A stretch of 52,771 nucleotides of DNA, from the NCBI GenBank assembly GCA_964344805.1, contig CAYFOU010000001.1, positions 1-52,771 on the forward strand, read 5' to 3'. This DNA is from an uncultured Piscirickettsiaceae bacterium. GTDB lineage: Bacteria; Pseudomonadota; Gammaproteobacteria; GCF-002020875. Position 1 is the first letter of the stretch. Each line of letters starts with the position of its first letter. Of this stretch, positions 35,959 through 46,688 are shown piece after piece. The notes beneath the pieces were generated by a model. The model saw nothing but the letters and a program-made list of their open reading frames with translations. It was not told where the DNA came from and did no database searches. The translations under genes and the position numbers were made by a program.

Positions 35959-36413
35959 CCATCAAATTTCGCGATGACCGTTTTATTACCTTCACCATCA
36001 ATGATGAGATCTATGCCATTGAGGTGTTGAAGATTCAGGAGGTGATCTATATTCCCGAGATTACCATGGTGCCGGGTGCGCCTGCGTTTGTCTCTGGAGT
36101 GATCAATCTGCGTGGTATTCTGCTAACCATTGTCGATACTTCGATGGAGTTTGGACTCAGCCGCAAGCCGGATGCAAAGTATACCCGTGTTGTAGTGGTT
36201 AATCTGGGCGGGGATGAGCGTGTCGGCCTGCTGGTTGATGATGTCTCCGAGGTGGTCTCTCTCAATATTGATGAGCGTGAGCCACTGCCAACGCTGGATG
36301 GTGGAAAGCTGGGGCTCTATGCACACCATATTATCCACCATGATAATCATCCGGTGACGCTGCTGGATATGGAGCGTATTGTCGATTCGGTCTCCTGGGG
36401 AGTGGCTGCATGA
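35955..36413 (+). CDS. cheW: CheW-like coupling protein (cluster II, first copy)
   Basis: 152 aa CheW fold (FITFTINDEIYAIEVLKIQEV, VINLRGILLTIVD, VGLLVDDVSEV). ATGA overlap with cheA. Confidence 0.85.
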   Translation: MTIKFRDDRFITFTINDEIYAIEVLKIQEVIYIPEITMVPGAPAFVSGVINLRGILLTIVDTSMEFGLSRKPDAKYTRVVVVNLGGDERVGLLVDDVSEVVSLNIDEREPLPTLDGGKLGLYAHHIIHHDNHPVTLLDMERIVDSVSWGVAA

Positions 36414-36422
36414 GGAGGCTCC

Positions 36423-36644
36423 ATGATCGATATCATCTCTACCAAAATTCCTCCTCCTCCCACACCTCATAAACAGAGCAGTGTGGACCCGGTGACCTCG
36501 ATTCCACGCTCCCAGCGAGTGGAGGAGACCGAATCGGAATCGGAGCATGAACAGCCTCAAAAACGCAAGCAAAAAAAGCATCCTCCGCCCGATGATAATT
36601 CTTCATCGAATGATGGGCATCCTCATATTGACAACTATGCTTGA
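36423..36644 (+). CDS. hypothetical 73-aa low-complexity (Pro/Ser/Glu/Lys-rich) protein
   Basis: GAGGAGG Shine-Dalgarno lies 6 nt before ATG 36423. Sits between two cheW genes on the same strand. No recognisable domain. Confidence 0.4.
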   Translation: MIDIISTKIPPPPTPHKQSSVDPVTSIPRSQRVEETESESEHEQPQKRKQKKHPPPDDNSSSNDGHPHIDNYA

Positions 36645-36690
36645 TAGGGCTTAGTCTCTCTCTTATTACTCGTTAGGAGAGGCTTTCTAG

Positions 36691-37290
36691 ATGCAAACCC
36701 AAGCTGTAGCGGATCAACATAAACAGACTCTGGATAATCAGCTTGCCGCCAGCGGTGGTGTCGGTGAGAATTCAGTGCTTGCCGAAGAAGAGAAAGAGAT
36801 TCGTCAACATCTCACCTTTGTGTTGGGGGGCGAGGAGTATGGCTTCGATATTCTTCGGGTTCAGGAGATTAAGGGATGGGAGGTACCTACCATCATCCCC
36901 AATACACCGGACTATGTAAAAGGGGTGATCAACCTGCGTGGTGCCATTGTTCCGGTGATCGATCTGCGCCTCCGCTTTCAGCTGGAAGAGGTGCGTTATG
37001 ACGAGCTGACCGTAGTGATTGTTCTGCATGTACGCACCTCGTCTTCGGATGAAGAGGATGATGAGCATAGCAGCAGCAACAAGGTGGTTGGGGTTGTGGT
37101 CGATGGCGTCTCTGATGTTTGCAATGTTGAAGTAGACAATATTCGTCCTGCTCCCGATTTTCGAGGTGTCATCAGCTCTGATTTTGTGACCGGGCTGACT
37201 ACCGAGAATGAGAAGATGATTGTATTGCTCGATATTGACCATTTGATCAATACCGGGATTATGAGCCAGCTTGACGCGGCCATGCCGTAG
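36691..37290 (+). CDS. cheW: CheW coupling protein (cluster II, second copy, extended)
   Basis: 199 aa. CheW blocks HLTFVLGGEEYGFDILRVQEI and VINLRGAIVPVIDLR, a ~35-aa N-extension and an acidic insertion TSSSDEEDDEHSSSNK. AGGAGAGG RBS. Confidence 0.88.
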   Translation: MQTQAVADQHKQTLDNQLAASGGVGENSVLAEEEKEIRQHLTFVLGGEEYGFDILRVQEIKGWEVPTIIPNTPDYVKGVINLRGAIVPVIDLRLRFQLEEVRYDELTVVIVLHVRTSSSDEEDDEHSSSNKVVGVVVDGVSDVCNVEVDNIRPAPDFRGVISSDFVTGLTTENEKMIVLLDIDHLINTGIMSQLDAAMP

Positions 37291-37312
37291 TTGCTCATTT
37301 TTAACAATAGTC

Positions 37313-38149
37313 ATGATCGATAGTACGCTCTCGGAGTTTGCTTACACGGATGAGGATTTTCGCCGTGTGCAGAAGATTATTGGGGAACATGCCGGTATCA
37401 GTCTTTCAGATGCCAAGAAAAGCCTCGTCTATAATCGTCTGACCAAGCGTCTGAGACTGTTTGGCATGCAGTCCTTCGCACAGTACCTCGATTACGTGGA
37501 TGCGCATGTGGAGGAGGAGTTCAGCCACTTCGTCAATGCGATTACCACCAACCTGACCTTCTTCTTCCGCGAGGAGCACCATTTTGACTTTTTGCGGGAT
37601 GTCGATTTCCCTCGCTTGCTGGAGCGCAACAAGGCCACCAAGAAAATCCGTATCTGGTCTGCGGGCTGCTCCACTGGAGAAGAGCCCTATTCGCTTGCGA
37701 TTACCATCAAGGAAAATATTCCACCCGGGTGGGATGTGAAGGTGCTGGCCACCGACCTTGACTTCAACGTTGTGAACCATGGCAAGGCAGCGGTCTATGA
37801 TCAGCGCCGTGTAGAGGGGATGAGCAAGGAGCGCCTCAATCGCTGGTTTCGCAAGGGTAGTGGCGAGAACGAGGGTAAAGTCAGGGTTGTAGATGAGCTA
37901 CAGGATCTGATTACCTTCAAACAGTTGAATCTGATGCATGAATGGCCGATGAGAGGGCCTTTTGACATCATCTTCTGTCGCAATGTGATGATCTATTTCA
38001 ATAAAGAGACCCAGTCCAAACTGACGGGGCGTTATGCAGATCTTTTGGCAGAGGATGCTCATTTGATCATCGGGCACTCTGAATCCCTGTTCAAGGTGTC
38101 TGACCGTTTTAAACTCATTGGAAAAACCATATACCAAAAACTACCATGA
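37313..38149 (+). CDS. cheR: chemotaxis methyltransferase CheR
   Basis: N-terminal helical CheR_N (FRRVQKIIGEHAGISL...) and an SAM-methyltransferase block (IRIWSAGCSTGEEPYSLA, IFCRNVMIYF). ATG 37313 is preferred over the track's TTG 37271, which overlaps cheW. Confidence 0.9.
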   Translation: MIDSTLSEFAYTDEDFRRVQKIIGEHAGISLSDAKKSLVYNRLTKRLRLFGMQSFAQYLDYVDAHVEEEFSHFVNAITTNLTFFFREEHHFDFLRDVDFPRLLERNKATKKIRIWSAGCSTGEEPYSLAITIKENIPPGWDVKVLATDLDFNVVNHGKAAVYDQRRVEGMSKERLNRWFRKGSGENEGKVRVVDELQDLITFKQLNLMHEWPMRGPFDIIFCRNVMIYFNKETQSKLTGRYADLLAEDAHLIIGHSESLFKVSDRFKLIGKTIYQKLP

Positions 38150-38775
38150 ACCAGCGCCCCAATGAGACCCCTGTACTCCCCGGTTTTGAGAAAATTCGTC
38201 GGGGTTGGAAACCGCAGTTTAATGCCTATGTCAGTACCATCTTGCCTGGCGAGTATTTTGTCACCAAAAGCAATGATGGGATCGAGACGGTTCTGGGCTC
38301 CTGTGTTGCGGCCTGTGTCAGGGACAAGGTAACTGGAGTAGGTGGCATGAACCACTTCATGCTTCCGGTAGATAAGGGAGCTGGTGACAGTAGTGGAAAA
38401 ATTTCTGATGCGACTCGCTACGGTAACTTTGCGATGGAGCATCTGATTAATGATGTGTTGAAACATGGGGGGAGAAAGGAAAATCTGGAATTTAAGGTTG
38501 CAGGCGGAGGCCGCATTCTTAACCAGATGGCAAAGATTGGCTGGTACAACATTGGCTTTGTCTTCGACTATATCTTTACGGAAGGCTTTCAGATCCTTTC
38601 GCATGATATTGGTGATGTTTTTCCCAGAAAAGTGATCTATTTCCCCAGTACGGGGGTGATGAAGGTGAAGCGTCTGCGTTCACTGCATGAGAAGCAGGAG
38701 TCGCTACGCGAAGAGAAGGCTTATCTGGAGCATCCATCTGGCGTTACCACAGAAGGCGAAATCGAGTTGTTTTAA
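38146..38775 (+). CDS. cheD: chemoreceptor glutamine deamidase CheD
   Basis: CheD blocks ILPGEYFVT, TVLGSCVAACVRD and MNHFMLP. ATGA overlap with cheR. Confidence 0.88.
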   Translation: MNQRPNETPVLPGFEKIRRGWKPQFNAYVSTILPGEYFVTKSNDGIETVLGSCVAACVRDKVTGVGGMNHFMLPVDKGAGDSSGKISDATRYGNFAMEHLINDVLKHGGRKENLEFKVAGGGRILNQMAKIGWYNIGFVFDYIFTEGFQILSHDIGDVFPRKVIYFPSTGVMKVKRLRSLHEKQESLREEKAYLEHPSGVTTEGEIELF

Positions 38776-38811
38776 TCAAACTCGTGAGACGGATAGTTCA
38801 GGAGGTTGACC

Positions 38812-39933
38812 TTGATTAAGGTACTGATTGTCGATGACTCGGCACTGATTCGTAAGATTCTCTCCTCGATTCTGGAGAGCGACCCGGGGATTGAGGTGGT
38901 GGGGACCGCCTCTGATCCCTACATGGCGCGAGAGAAGATCAAAAAACTCAAGCCGGATATGATTACTCTGGATGTGGAGATGCCGAAGATGGATGGCGTC
39001 ACCTTCCTGCGTAATCTGATGAGACTCCATCCGATGCCGGTGTTGATGGTCTCCTCTCTGACCGAACATGGTGCAGATATCACCCTGCAGGCGCTGGAGG
39101 CGGGTGCGGTCGATTTTGTGACCAAACCCAAGGTGGATCTGGCCAATACCTTCGGTGACTACAGTGAAGAGATTCTGGAGAAGGTTAAGGTTGTAGCACG
39201 AGCTAACGTTAAACAGATCATTACCAAGGCCCCAACGACGGGATCTGCCCATATATTGGGAACCCCAGGGCCGGGAGAGGACCTCTCCTCTGCCAAAGGT
39301 GTACCGCAGAAGTTTTCCACCGATGCCGTTATCCAGAAGAGTTCTGGAAAGCGTCACTTCCAGACTACCGACAAGATCATTGCCATTGGTGCCTCAACCG
39401 GTGGTACTGAAGCGATCCGTGTAGTGTTGGAGAAGCTGCCTCCGGGCACTCCAGGTGTGGTGATTGTTCAGCATATTCCGGCGGCCTTCAGCACACCGTT
39501 TGCTCAGCGTATGAACACCGTGTCAGCAATGAGCGTAGCAGAGGCGGTCGATGGACAGCAGATCATTCCCGGGCATGTCTATATTGCTCCCGGTGATCAG
39601 CACTTGATGGTGGTGCGTGATGGTGCCCGCTACATTTGCAAACTCAATGATGGTGAGTTGGTCAATCGCCACAAGCCTTCTGTAGATGTGCTGTTCCGTT
39701 CTGTGGCAGAGAATGTTGGACCCAATGCGGTAGGGGTAATCCTCACCGGTATGGGGGGGGACGGTGCGACGGGGATGAAAGAGATGCTTGATACAGGAGC
39801 CTCAACCATGGCTCAGGATGAGCGTACCAGTGTGGTCTGGGGCATGCCTAGTGAGGCGGTCAAGGCGGGAGGCGCCCAAAAGGTACTGCCGCTGGATGAG
39901 ATCGCTGAAGAGATTATGAAGCTGGTCAAATAG
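38812..39933 (+). CDS. cheB: chemotaxis methylesterase/deamidase CheB
   Basis: REC domain ([23 protein letters not shown]) plus a methylesterase domain ([21 protein letters not shown]). TTG 38812 lies 6 nt after GGAGG; the track start TTG 38806 abuts the RBS. Confidence 0.9.
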   Translation: MIKVLIVDDSALIRKILSSILESDPGIEVVGTASDPYMAREKIKKLKPDMITLDVEMPKMDGVTFLRNLMRLHPMPVLMVSSLTEHGADITLQALEAGAVDFVTKPKVDLANTFGDYSEEILEKVKVVARANVKQIITKAPTTGSAHILGTPGPGEDLSSAKGVPQKFSTDAVIQKSSGKRHFQTTDKIIAIGASTGGTEAIRVVLEKLPPGTPGVVIVQHIPAAFSTPFAQRMNTVSAMSVAEAVDGQQIIPGHVYIAPGDQHLMVVRDGARYICKLNDGELVNRHKPSVDVLFRSVAENVGPNAVGVILTGMGGDGATGMKEMLDTGASTMAQDERTSVVWGMPSEAVKAGGAQKVLPLDEIAEEIMKLVK

Positions 39934-39938
39934 CCATC

Positions 39939-39967
39939 AGGCAGTGCGCTCTGTAGAGCGCGTGCCT
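39939..39967. terminator. GC-rich hairpin between convergent cheB and nfo
   Basis: AGGCA-gt-GCGCTC-tgta-GAGCGC-g-TGCCT fills the 36-nt gap. No clear U-tract on either strand. Confidence 0.45.
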
Positions 39968-39969
39968 AT

Positions 39970-40815
39970 TTACTTCTCGACCATATTGTAGAGCTGCTGG
40001 ATCTCCTGATCCCAGATATCACTGTTGATGGTCTCCAGCACCATCGGGATCTCATCAATCCGGGAATCATTCATCAGCAGATGGAATGCCTCCAGACCGA
40101 TGGTGCCCTTGCCTATGCTGTGGTGACGGTCCACACGACTTTCGAATGCTGACTTGCAGTCGTTGACGTGCATCCCCATCAGATAGTTGAAGCCGACAAT
40201 CTCATCAAAGGTCTGCATGGTGTTTTGATAGACCTCTTCGGTGCGCAGGTCATAACCGGCAGCAAAGGCGTGGCAGGTATCGATACAGACCCCGATGCGG
40301 GATTTGTCTTCCACCCTGTCGATGATGTGGGCAAGATGCTCAAAGTGGTAGCCAAGGTTGGAGCCTTGTCCTGCGGTGTTCTCAATCACTGCAGCGACCC
40401 CTTCGGTCTTCTCCAGAGCGTGATTGAGGGATTCTGCAATACGGTCCAGACACGCCTCTTCACTGATCTTCTTCAGGTGACTTCCTGGATGGAAGTTGAG
40501 GCGATCCAGCCCCAGCTGATGACAACGCTCCAGCTCATCAATAAAAGCATTGAGTGACTTCTTGCGCCCCTCCTCTTCAGGGTGTCCCAGATTGATCAGA
40601 TAGCTGTCGTGGGGGAGGATCTGGTTGGGTTGGTACCCATACTGCTCCATTGCGGTACGGAAGCCATCAATCTGTTCTGTGGTCAGTGGTTTTGCATTCC
40701 ACTGGCGCTGGTTCTTGGTGAACAGGGCAAACCCCTTGGCGCCAATCTGATGGGCATTCTTCGGGGCGTTCTGTACCCCGCCAGCGGTGCTGACGTGTGC
40801 GCCGATCCACTTCAT
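39970..40815 (-). CDS. nfo: endonuclease IV
   Basis: 281 aa. [13 protein letters not shown]...NQRQW and metal-ligand blocks typical of Nfo ([23 protein letters not shown]). Confidence 0.92.
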   Translation of the reverse strand: MKWIGAHVSTAGGVQNAPKNAHQIGAKGFALFTKNQRQWNAKPLTTEQIDGFRTAMEQYGYQPNQILPHDSYLINLGHPEEEGRKKSLNAFIDELERCHQLGLDRLNFHPGSHLKKISEEACLDRIAESLNHALEKTEGVAAVIENTAGQGSNLGYHFEHLAHIIDRVEDKSRIGVCIDTCHAFAAGYDLRTEEVYQNTMQTFDEIVGFNYLMGMHVNDCKSAFESRVDRHHSIGKGTIGLEAFHLLMNDSRIDEIPMVLETINSDIWDQEIQQLYNMVEK

Positions 40816-41312
40816 CAGAACTCTCCGTTGGCTCCCGCAGTCATGATTGTCATGATGCGGGTGTTGGTGGATACTGCGATGCGATAGATCTCTGCGGGAA
40901 GCTGGCTGCGGGCGATCAGCATGTTGAGATTCAGTGTGCTGAGCCAGGGAATGCCCTGATTATCTTCAACCAGGGCGATACGACAGGGCATATAGGCGGC
41001 ATAGATGATGTCGTAACGCACCATCTTGGCGGCCTCTTCCGGGTTGCAGAACTGGAAGATCTCGATGTGAGGGGAGTCTATTCCACGGCTTTGCAGCTCT
41101 TTTGAGGTCTGTTGCCGTCCCACCAGTTTCATATTCAGCTCTGCGGCCTTTGAGAGCATGGCCTGGGCAGCATCCTCAATGGTGATAGAGGGGGAGAGTC
41201 GCATCTTGACCACAGAGTGTTCAACCACGATCTCTTCGGTGGGGGAGTGCATAGTGGCGCTGGCTGGGCTCAACAGCAGTGTCATAATGAGGGCAAGGAG
41301 AAACTTTTTCAT
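40815..41312 (-). CDS. secreted DUF302-family protein
   Basis: Signal peptide [19 protein letters not shown], then a DUF302-like core ([16 protein letters not shown]...[10 protein letters not shown]). The ATG overlaps the mnmA stop (ATGA), and its stop overlaps the nfo start. Confidence 0.7.
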   Translation of the reverse strand: MKKFLLALIMTLLLSPASATMHSPTEEIVVEHSVVKMRLSPSITIEDAAQAMLSKAAELNMKLVGRQQTSKELQSRGIDSPHIEIFQFCNPEEAAKMVRYDIIYAAYMPCRIALVEDNQGIPWLSTLNLNMLIARSQLPAEIYRIAVSTNTRIMTIMTAGANGEF

Positions 41313-42397
41313 GCGGCTGATTTTATCACAGCCCCTCCAAGGCATTGCTCCCCCTGATAGAAAACGATCGACTGTCCTGGCGTGACCGCGCGTTGAGGGG
41401 CCTCAAATTCAATCACTGCACCGTTATCACTCCATCTGGCGATGGTGCAGATCTGATCGGTTTGACGATAGCGGTGTTGGGCGCTGCACTGGAATGGGGC
41501 CTGTTCTGGTGGAGGGTTGATCCAGTGAATCGCTTCACTCTCTACCCGCTGGCTCATCAGCAGGGGGTGGTTCTTCTCCTGTCCGGCAATCAGTATATTG
41601 TGCTCCAGGTCTTTGGCAACCGCATACCAGGGCTCTTCACTATAGCCCGCCAGGCCACCAATCCCGAGCCCCTTGCGTTGTCCCAATGTGTGGTACATCA
41701 ACCCCTGGTGTTGTCCGATTACATCGCCTTCCGGGGTCTGGATCTCGCCGGGTTGGGCCGGCAGATAGTGGCTGAGAAATTCACGAAAATTGCGTTCACC
41801 GATAAAGCAGATGCCGGTGCTGTCCTTCTTTCTTGCATTGCGGAAACCAGCGGTCTCGGCAATTGCGCGTACGGCTGATTTCTCGATCTCTCCCAACGGG
41901 AAGCGTGCATAAGAGAGCTGATGCTGATTGAGCAGGTGTAGAAAGTAGGATTGATCCTTATTCTGATCCACCCCTTTGAGTAGCTGGAATTGCTCTCCGA
42001 TCTGTTGTACCCGGGCATAGTGACCAGTGGCAATGGTGTGTGCCCCCAAATCGAGTGCATGGTCGAGAAAGGTGCGGAACTTGATCTCCTTGTTGCAGAG
42101 AATGTCAGGGTTGGGCGTGCGCCCTGCACGGTACTCTTGCAGAAAGTGACTGAAGACCCGCTCCCAGTACTCGTGGGAGAAGTTGACGGTATGCAGTGTG
42201 ATCCCCAGCTGGTCAGCTACACTCTGTGCATCGCTCAGATCCTCTTCGGCACTGCAGTAGCCTGCGGCATCATCCTCCTCCCAGTTTTTCATGAACATCG
42301 CCTCCACGGTGTGCCCCTGTTCCAGCAACAGCTTGGCGGCGACTGCAGAGTCGACGCCACCAGAGAGACCGACGATCACTTTGCCTGTTTCAGGCAT
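41309..42397 (-). CDS. mnmA: tRNA 2-thiouridine(34) synthase MnmA
   Basis: PP-loop [13 protein letters not shown], plus CNKEIKF and TGHYAR. Confidence 0.93.
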   Translation of the reverse strand: MPETGKVIVGLSGGVDSAVAAKLLLEQGHTVEAMFMKNWEEDDAAGYCSAEEDLSDAQSVADQLGITLHTVNFSHEYWERVFSHFLQEYRAGRTPNPDILCNKEIKFRTFLDHALDLGAHTIATGHYARVQQIGEQFQLLKGVDQNKDQSYFLHLLNQHQLSYARFPLGEIEKSAVRAIAETAGFRNARKKDSTGICFIGERNFREFLSHYLPAQPGEIQTPEGDVIGQHQGLMYHTLGQRKGLGIGGLAGYSEEPWYAVAKDLEHNILIAGQEKNHPLLMSQRVESEAIHWINPPPEQAPFQCSAQHRYRQTDQICTIARWSDNGAVIEFEAPQRAVTPGQSIVFYQGEQCLGGAVIKSAA

Positions 42398-42878
42398 TGG
42401 GATTGGGTGGGATATAGTCAGGGAGATCTGAATGGATCAGATTGAGTGGGTAGTTCTCGTCACGCAGGTAATCCTCTATGCAGCGCAATACCATTGGGCT
42501 GCGCAATCGCTTCTTTTCGGCGAGGATCTCTTCATAGGTGAGCCAGACCGTACGCACAATGCCGTGATCCAGCTGGCGGTGAGGATCATGTCGGGTTACC
42601 GGGCCGGTAAAGGTCATGCGCAGATACTGGCGTTGACGTACCGGGTCGATCGATTGATAGATCCCCTGCAGGTGGGTGGGCCTGAAGTGCCAGCCGGTCT
42701 CCTCCAGGGTTTCCCGTACTGCGGCCTCTTCCGGGGATTCACCAAACTCCATATGGCCTGCGGGCTGGTTGATCACCAGCACATCCCGGTCCATCTCCTC
42801 GATCATCAGAAAACGCCCGTCCTGCTCCACGACAGCAGCGACGGTCAGGCGGGGGCGTTCAAGACTAGGACTATTCAT
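42390..42878 (-). CDS. nudJ: NUDIX hydrolase, NudJ-like
   Basis: Nudix box [22 protein letters not shown] and NQPAGH. The rluE-nudJ-mnmA order matches E. coli. Confidence 0.75.
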   Translation of the reverse strand: MNSPSLERPRLTVAAVVEQDGRFLMIEEMDRDVLVINQPAGHMEFGESPEEAAVRETLEETGWHFRPTHLQGIYQSIDPVRQRQYLRMTFTGPVTRHDPHRQLDHGIVRTVWLTYEEILAEKKRLRSPMVLRCIEDYLRDENYPLNLIHSDLPDYIPPNPNA

Positions 42879-43025
42879 GGTTTTGCGGTATTGATTTTGT
42901 GGGTTTTTTCATAACTGATTCAGACGGCTTCTGGAATTCGTCAGATCAAGGCGCAGAATGTGAGTGTATAGGTATACATGATCATTCTGTAACGTAGAGG
43001 TGGCGGATTTCAGGAGTTGGCTGAA

Positions 43026-43562
43026 TTAGTTAGGGGCTATTTTACGCCATTCACCTGGCTGCAATCCGTCCAATTTCCAGGGGCCAATGGCTACCCGGAT
43101 CAACCGCAGGGTGGGATAGCCAACCGCAGCGGTCATGCGTCGCACCTGACGGTTTCTGCCCTCACGGATTTTCAGTTCAATCCAGCTATCGGGGATGTTT
43201 TTGCGTTCCCGAATGGGTGGGTCACGTTGCCATACCTTGGGTGGTTTAATCTTGCGAGCCTTGGCTGGTGCTGTTTTGCCATCCTTCAGCTCAACCCCCC
43301 TGCGCAGCTTCTGCAGTGCAGCTTCATCGGGAATCCCCTCTACCTGCACCCAGTAGCTCTTCTCCATCTTGTGGCGTGGATGGCTGATACGGGCCTGCAG
43401 TTTGCCATCATTGGTCAGCACCAGCAGCCCCTCGCTGTCGCGGTCCAGTCGTCCTGCCGGATAGACCTTTTTGATAGGAATGTACTCTTTCAGCGTAGGG
43501 CGCCCCTCGCTGTCACGAAACTGTGTCAGCACGTTGTAGGGTTTGTTAAAGAGAATAACCAT
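43026..43562 (-). CDS. rluE: 23S rRNA pseudouridine synthase RluE
   Basis: 178 aa RsuA-family core without an S4 domain: [31 protein letters not shown]. Confidence 0.85.
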   Translation of the reverse strand: MVILFNKPYNVLTQFRDSEGRPTLKEYIPIKKVYPAGRLDRDSEGLLVLTNDGKLQARISHPRHKMEKSYWVQVEGIPDEAALQKLRRGVELKDGKTAPAKARKIKPPKVWQRDPPIRERKNIPDSWIELKIREGRNRQVRRMTAAVGYPTLRLIRVAIGPWKLDGLQPGEWRKIAPN

Positions 43563-43618
43563 ACGTTTAAACAGGTGGGATGAATGGATTAACGGTAGTA
43601 TATTGGAGATGAAAGATT

Positions 43619-43963
43619 GTGTTATGGAGTATAGAGGCGTTGGCTAATCACGAGACTGGACCGGATCACCACCATGAAGAAGAGGTAGAGACCGCTCCAC
43701 CGCAGCTAAAAGAACCTTCCCGTTATCAGGTGGTGTTGCTGAATGACGATTTTACCCCAATGGATTTTGTCGTGGAGGTATTGCAGCGCTTCTTCCAGAT
43801 GGATCAGGAGCAGGCGACGCAGGTGATGCTGCACGTGCATACCCGGGGAAAAGGGGTTTGTGGGACCTACAGCCGAGAGGTTGCCGAGAGCAAGGTGGCC
43901 CAGGTGAATGACCACTCCAGAGAGCACCAGCATCCACTGCTCTGTTCGATGGATCAGGTGTAG
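43619..43963 (+). CDS. clpS: ClpA adaptor protein ClpS
   Basis: [24 protein letters not shown]...[17 protein letters not shown] start with GGAGA upstream. Confidence 0.9.
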   Translation: MLWSIEALANHETGPDHHHEEEVETAPPQLKEPSRYQVVLLNDDFTPMDFVVEVLQRFFQMDQEQATQVMLHVHTRGKGVCGTYSREVAESKVAQVNDHSREHQHPLLCSMDQV

Positions 43964-44020
43964 TGGGCTTGATATCAGTGGTAATTGTCCCCATGGTGGA
44001 GAGATACGAGGTAACGGAAC

Positions 44021-46315
44021 ATGTTGAGTAAAGAGCTGGAATTTTCGTTGGGACTGGCGGTCAAGCAGGCGCGGGATGAGCGTCATGAATTCATTACGCT
44101 CGAACATCTGCTGCTGGTGCTGCTGGACAACCCCCGTTCTGCTGATCTGCTACGGGGATGTGGCGCCAATCTGGAGGTATTGCGCCAGCAGCTGGAGGCC
44201 TTTATTGAACAGAATACCCCGTTGCTCCCGGAGGGGGAGGATCGAGATCCTCAACCCACATTGGGTTTTCAGCGGGTGTTGCAGCGCTCCATCTTTCAGG
44301 TGCAGTCTGCTGGTAAAAGTGAAGTAACGGCAGAGAATATTCTGGTTGCCCTGTTTGGGGAGAAAGAGTCCCATGCGGTCTTTTATCTCTCTCAGCAGGA
44401 GATCTCACGACTGGATGTGGTCAACTACGTCTCTCATGGTCACGGTGATGAGGCAGAGGTGCAGGAGAGTGGTGTCCAGTCTGGGGAACCGTCGGGAGAG
44501 GCTGCAGAAAGTCCGCTGCTCAAATATGCGGTCAACCTCAATGCACTGGCAGAGCAGGGGCGGATTGATCCGCTGATCGGTCGTGAGCCGGAGGTGGAGC
44601 GTACCATCCAGGTACTTTGTCGACGTCGCAAGAACAACCCGCTGCTGGTGGGTGAGGCCGGTGTCGGCAAGACCGCGATTGCAGAGGGGTTGGCGCGCAG
44701 GATTGTGGATGGTGAGGTGCCGGAGGTGATTGCCGATAGCGTCATCTACTCGCTGGATCTGGGTTCCCTGCTGGCGGGTACCAAGTATCGTGGTGACTTC
44801 GAGAAGCGGCTCAAGGGGCTGCTGAAGCAGCTGGAGGGGGAGAAAGATACCATCCTCTTTATCGACGAGATCCACACCATCATCGGAGCCGGTTCTGCAT
44901 CGGGCGGCACCATGGATGCCTCCAACCTGATCAAGCCGAAATTGGCGGCCGGGGATCTGCGCTGTATTGGTTCCACCACCTTCCAGGAGTATCGCGGCAT
45001 CTTTGAAAAGGACCATGCACTGGCGCGCCGCTTCCAGAAGATCGATGTCCATGAGCCCACCGTGCCGGAGACCATCAAGATTCTGCTGGGGCTGAAGAAC
45101 CGCTTCGAGGAGCACCATGATGTGAAATTCACCCGTCAGGCGCTGACCACAGCGGCAGAGCTGGCGGATCGCTATATCGGGGATCGTCACCTGCCGGACA
45201 AGGCGATTGATGTGATGGATGAGGCGGGGGCCCACAATCAGCTGCTGCCTCCATCACGCCGTCGCAAGACTGTTGGTGTCAGAGAGATGGAGGAGGTGGT
45301 CGCGAAGATTGCCCGCGTCCCGGCACGCAATGTCTCCACCTCCGATCGTGAACAGCTGGAGAAGCTGGAGCGCAATCTGAAGATGGTGGTCTTCGGGCAG
45401 GATGAGGCGATTGATACCCTCTCCAGTGCGATCAAACTGGCCCGCTCCGGACTGGGGAATGAGGAGCGCCCGGTCGGTTCCTTCCTCTTTGTCGGCCCTA
45501 CCGGTGTCGGCAAGACCGAGGTGGCACGTCAACTGGCGCTGCAGATGGGAGTGGAGCTGATCCGCTTCGATATGTCGGAATACATGGAGCGCCATACCGT
45601 CTCCCGTTTGATTGGTGCTCCCCCCGGTTATGTGGGGCATGAGCAGGGTGGACTGTTGACTGATGCGGTCCACCAGAACCCCTATGCGGTACTGCTGCTG
45701 GATGAGCTGGAGAAGGCCCATCCTGATGTCTTCAACCTGTTGCTGCAGGTGATGGACCATGGCTCACTGACCGATAGCAATGGACGCAAGAGTGACTTCC
45801 GCAATGTGGTGTTGGTGATGACCTCCAATGTCGGGGCAGAGCAGATGAATCGTGCCTCGATCGGCTTTGCCCAGCAGGATCACTCCAGTGATGGGTTGGC
45901 TGAGGTGAAGCGTCAGTTCACCCCTGAATTCCGGAACCGGCTTGATGCCACCATCCAGTTCCACTCGCTGGATATGGAGAGTATTGCTCATATTGTTGAC
46001 AAGTTCCTCACCGAGCTGGAGACGCAGCTCGACGAGAAGCAGGTGCAGCTGGTGGTGGACAGCGAGGCGCGTACTTGGCTGGCAGAGAAGGGGTATGATC
46101 AGGCGATGGGAGCACGTCCAATGGGACGGCTGATTCGCGAAGAGATTCGCAAGCCGCTGGCGGAAGAGTTGCTGTTTGGTGAACTTGCAGGGGGAGGGGA
46201 AGTAGAGATCTCCGTCAGGGATGAGAAGCTGCACTTCACCTATCGGAAAGCGGAGAAACCTGCCAAGGTTCCCCAGCTGACAGAGGAGGCCTCCTCCTCT
46301 GTAGACATCGATTAG
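44021..46315 (+). CDS. clpA: ATP-dependent Clp protease ATPase subunit ClpA
   Basis: Clp_N repeats and two AAA+ modules (GEAGVGKT, GPTGVGKT). 764 aa. Follows clpS. Confidence 0.95.
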   Translation: MLSKELEFSLGLAVKQARDERHEFITLEHLLLVLLDNPRSADLLRGCGANLEVLRQQLEAFIEQNTPLLPEGEDRDPQPTLGFQRVLQRSIFQVQSAGKSEVTAENILVALFGEKESHAVFYLSQQEISRLDVVNYVSHGHGDEAEVQESGVQSGEPSGEAAESPLLKYAVNLNALAEQGRIDPLIGREPEVERTIQVLCRRRKNNPLLVGEAGVGKTAIAEGLARRIVDGEVPEVIADSVIYSLDLGSLLAGTKYRGDFEKRLKGLLKQLEGEKDTILFIDEIHTIIGAGSASGGTMDASNLIKPKLAAGDLRCIGSTTFQEYRGIFEKDHALARRFQKIDVHEPTVPETIKILLGLKNRFEEHHDVKFTRQALTTAAELADRYIGDRHLPDKAIDVMDEAGAHNQLLPPSRRRKTVGVREMEEVVAKIARVPARNVSTSDREQLEKLERNLKMVVFGQDEAIDTLSSAIKLARSGLGNEERPVGSFLFVGPTGVGKTEVARQLALQMGVELIRFDMSEYMERHTVSRLIGAPPGYVGHEQGGLLTDAVHQNPYAVLLLDELEKAHPDVFNLLLQVMDHGSLTDSNGRKSDFRNVVLVMTSNVGAEQMNRASIGFAQQDHSSDGLAEVKRQFTPEFRNRLDATIQFHSLDMESIAHIVDKFLTELETQLDEKQVQLVVDSEARTWLAEKGYDQAMGARPMGRLIREEIRKPLAEELLFGELAGGGEVEISVRDEKLHFTYRKAEKPAKVPQLTEEASSSVDID

Positions 46316-46534
46316 TTAGCGGGCGCGGAAAACGATACGGCCCTTGGAGAGGTCGTATGGAGTCAGTGCAACGGTTACCTTGTCACCCTTCAGAATGCGG
46401 ATGTAGTGCTTGCGCATCTTGCCGGAGATATGTGCGATCACTTGGTGACCGTTCTCCAGTTCAACCTTGAATGTGGTGTTGGGGAGGTTTTCAATCACCG
46501 TCCCTTCCATCTCGATATGCTCTTCTTTTGCCAT
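46316..46534 (-). CDS. infA: translation initiation factor IF-1
   Basis: 72 aa: [13 protein letters not shown]...[19 protein letters not shown]...GRIVFR. Confidence 0.95.
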   Translation of the reverse strand: MAKEEHIEMEGTVIENLPNTTFKVELENGHQVIAHISGKMRKHYIRILKGDKVTVALTPYDLSKGRIVFRAR

Positions 46535-46688
46535 ATTTTCCTGACTGTTCTCTACAAGTAAGCGGTTAGTAACTCCAAACGAGGTGCAGCATTGTACATC
46601 AAATCAACCATGGTCAAGTAATGGTATTGAATTTTCAGGTTAAAAATTGGTTATAACCGGGCTATTTTCAGATTTTGTTCTATCTGAT

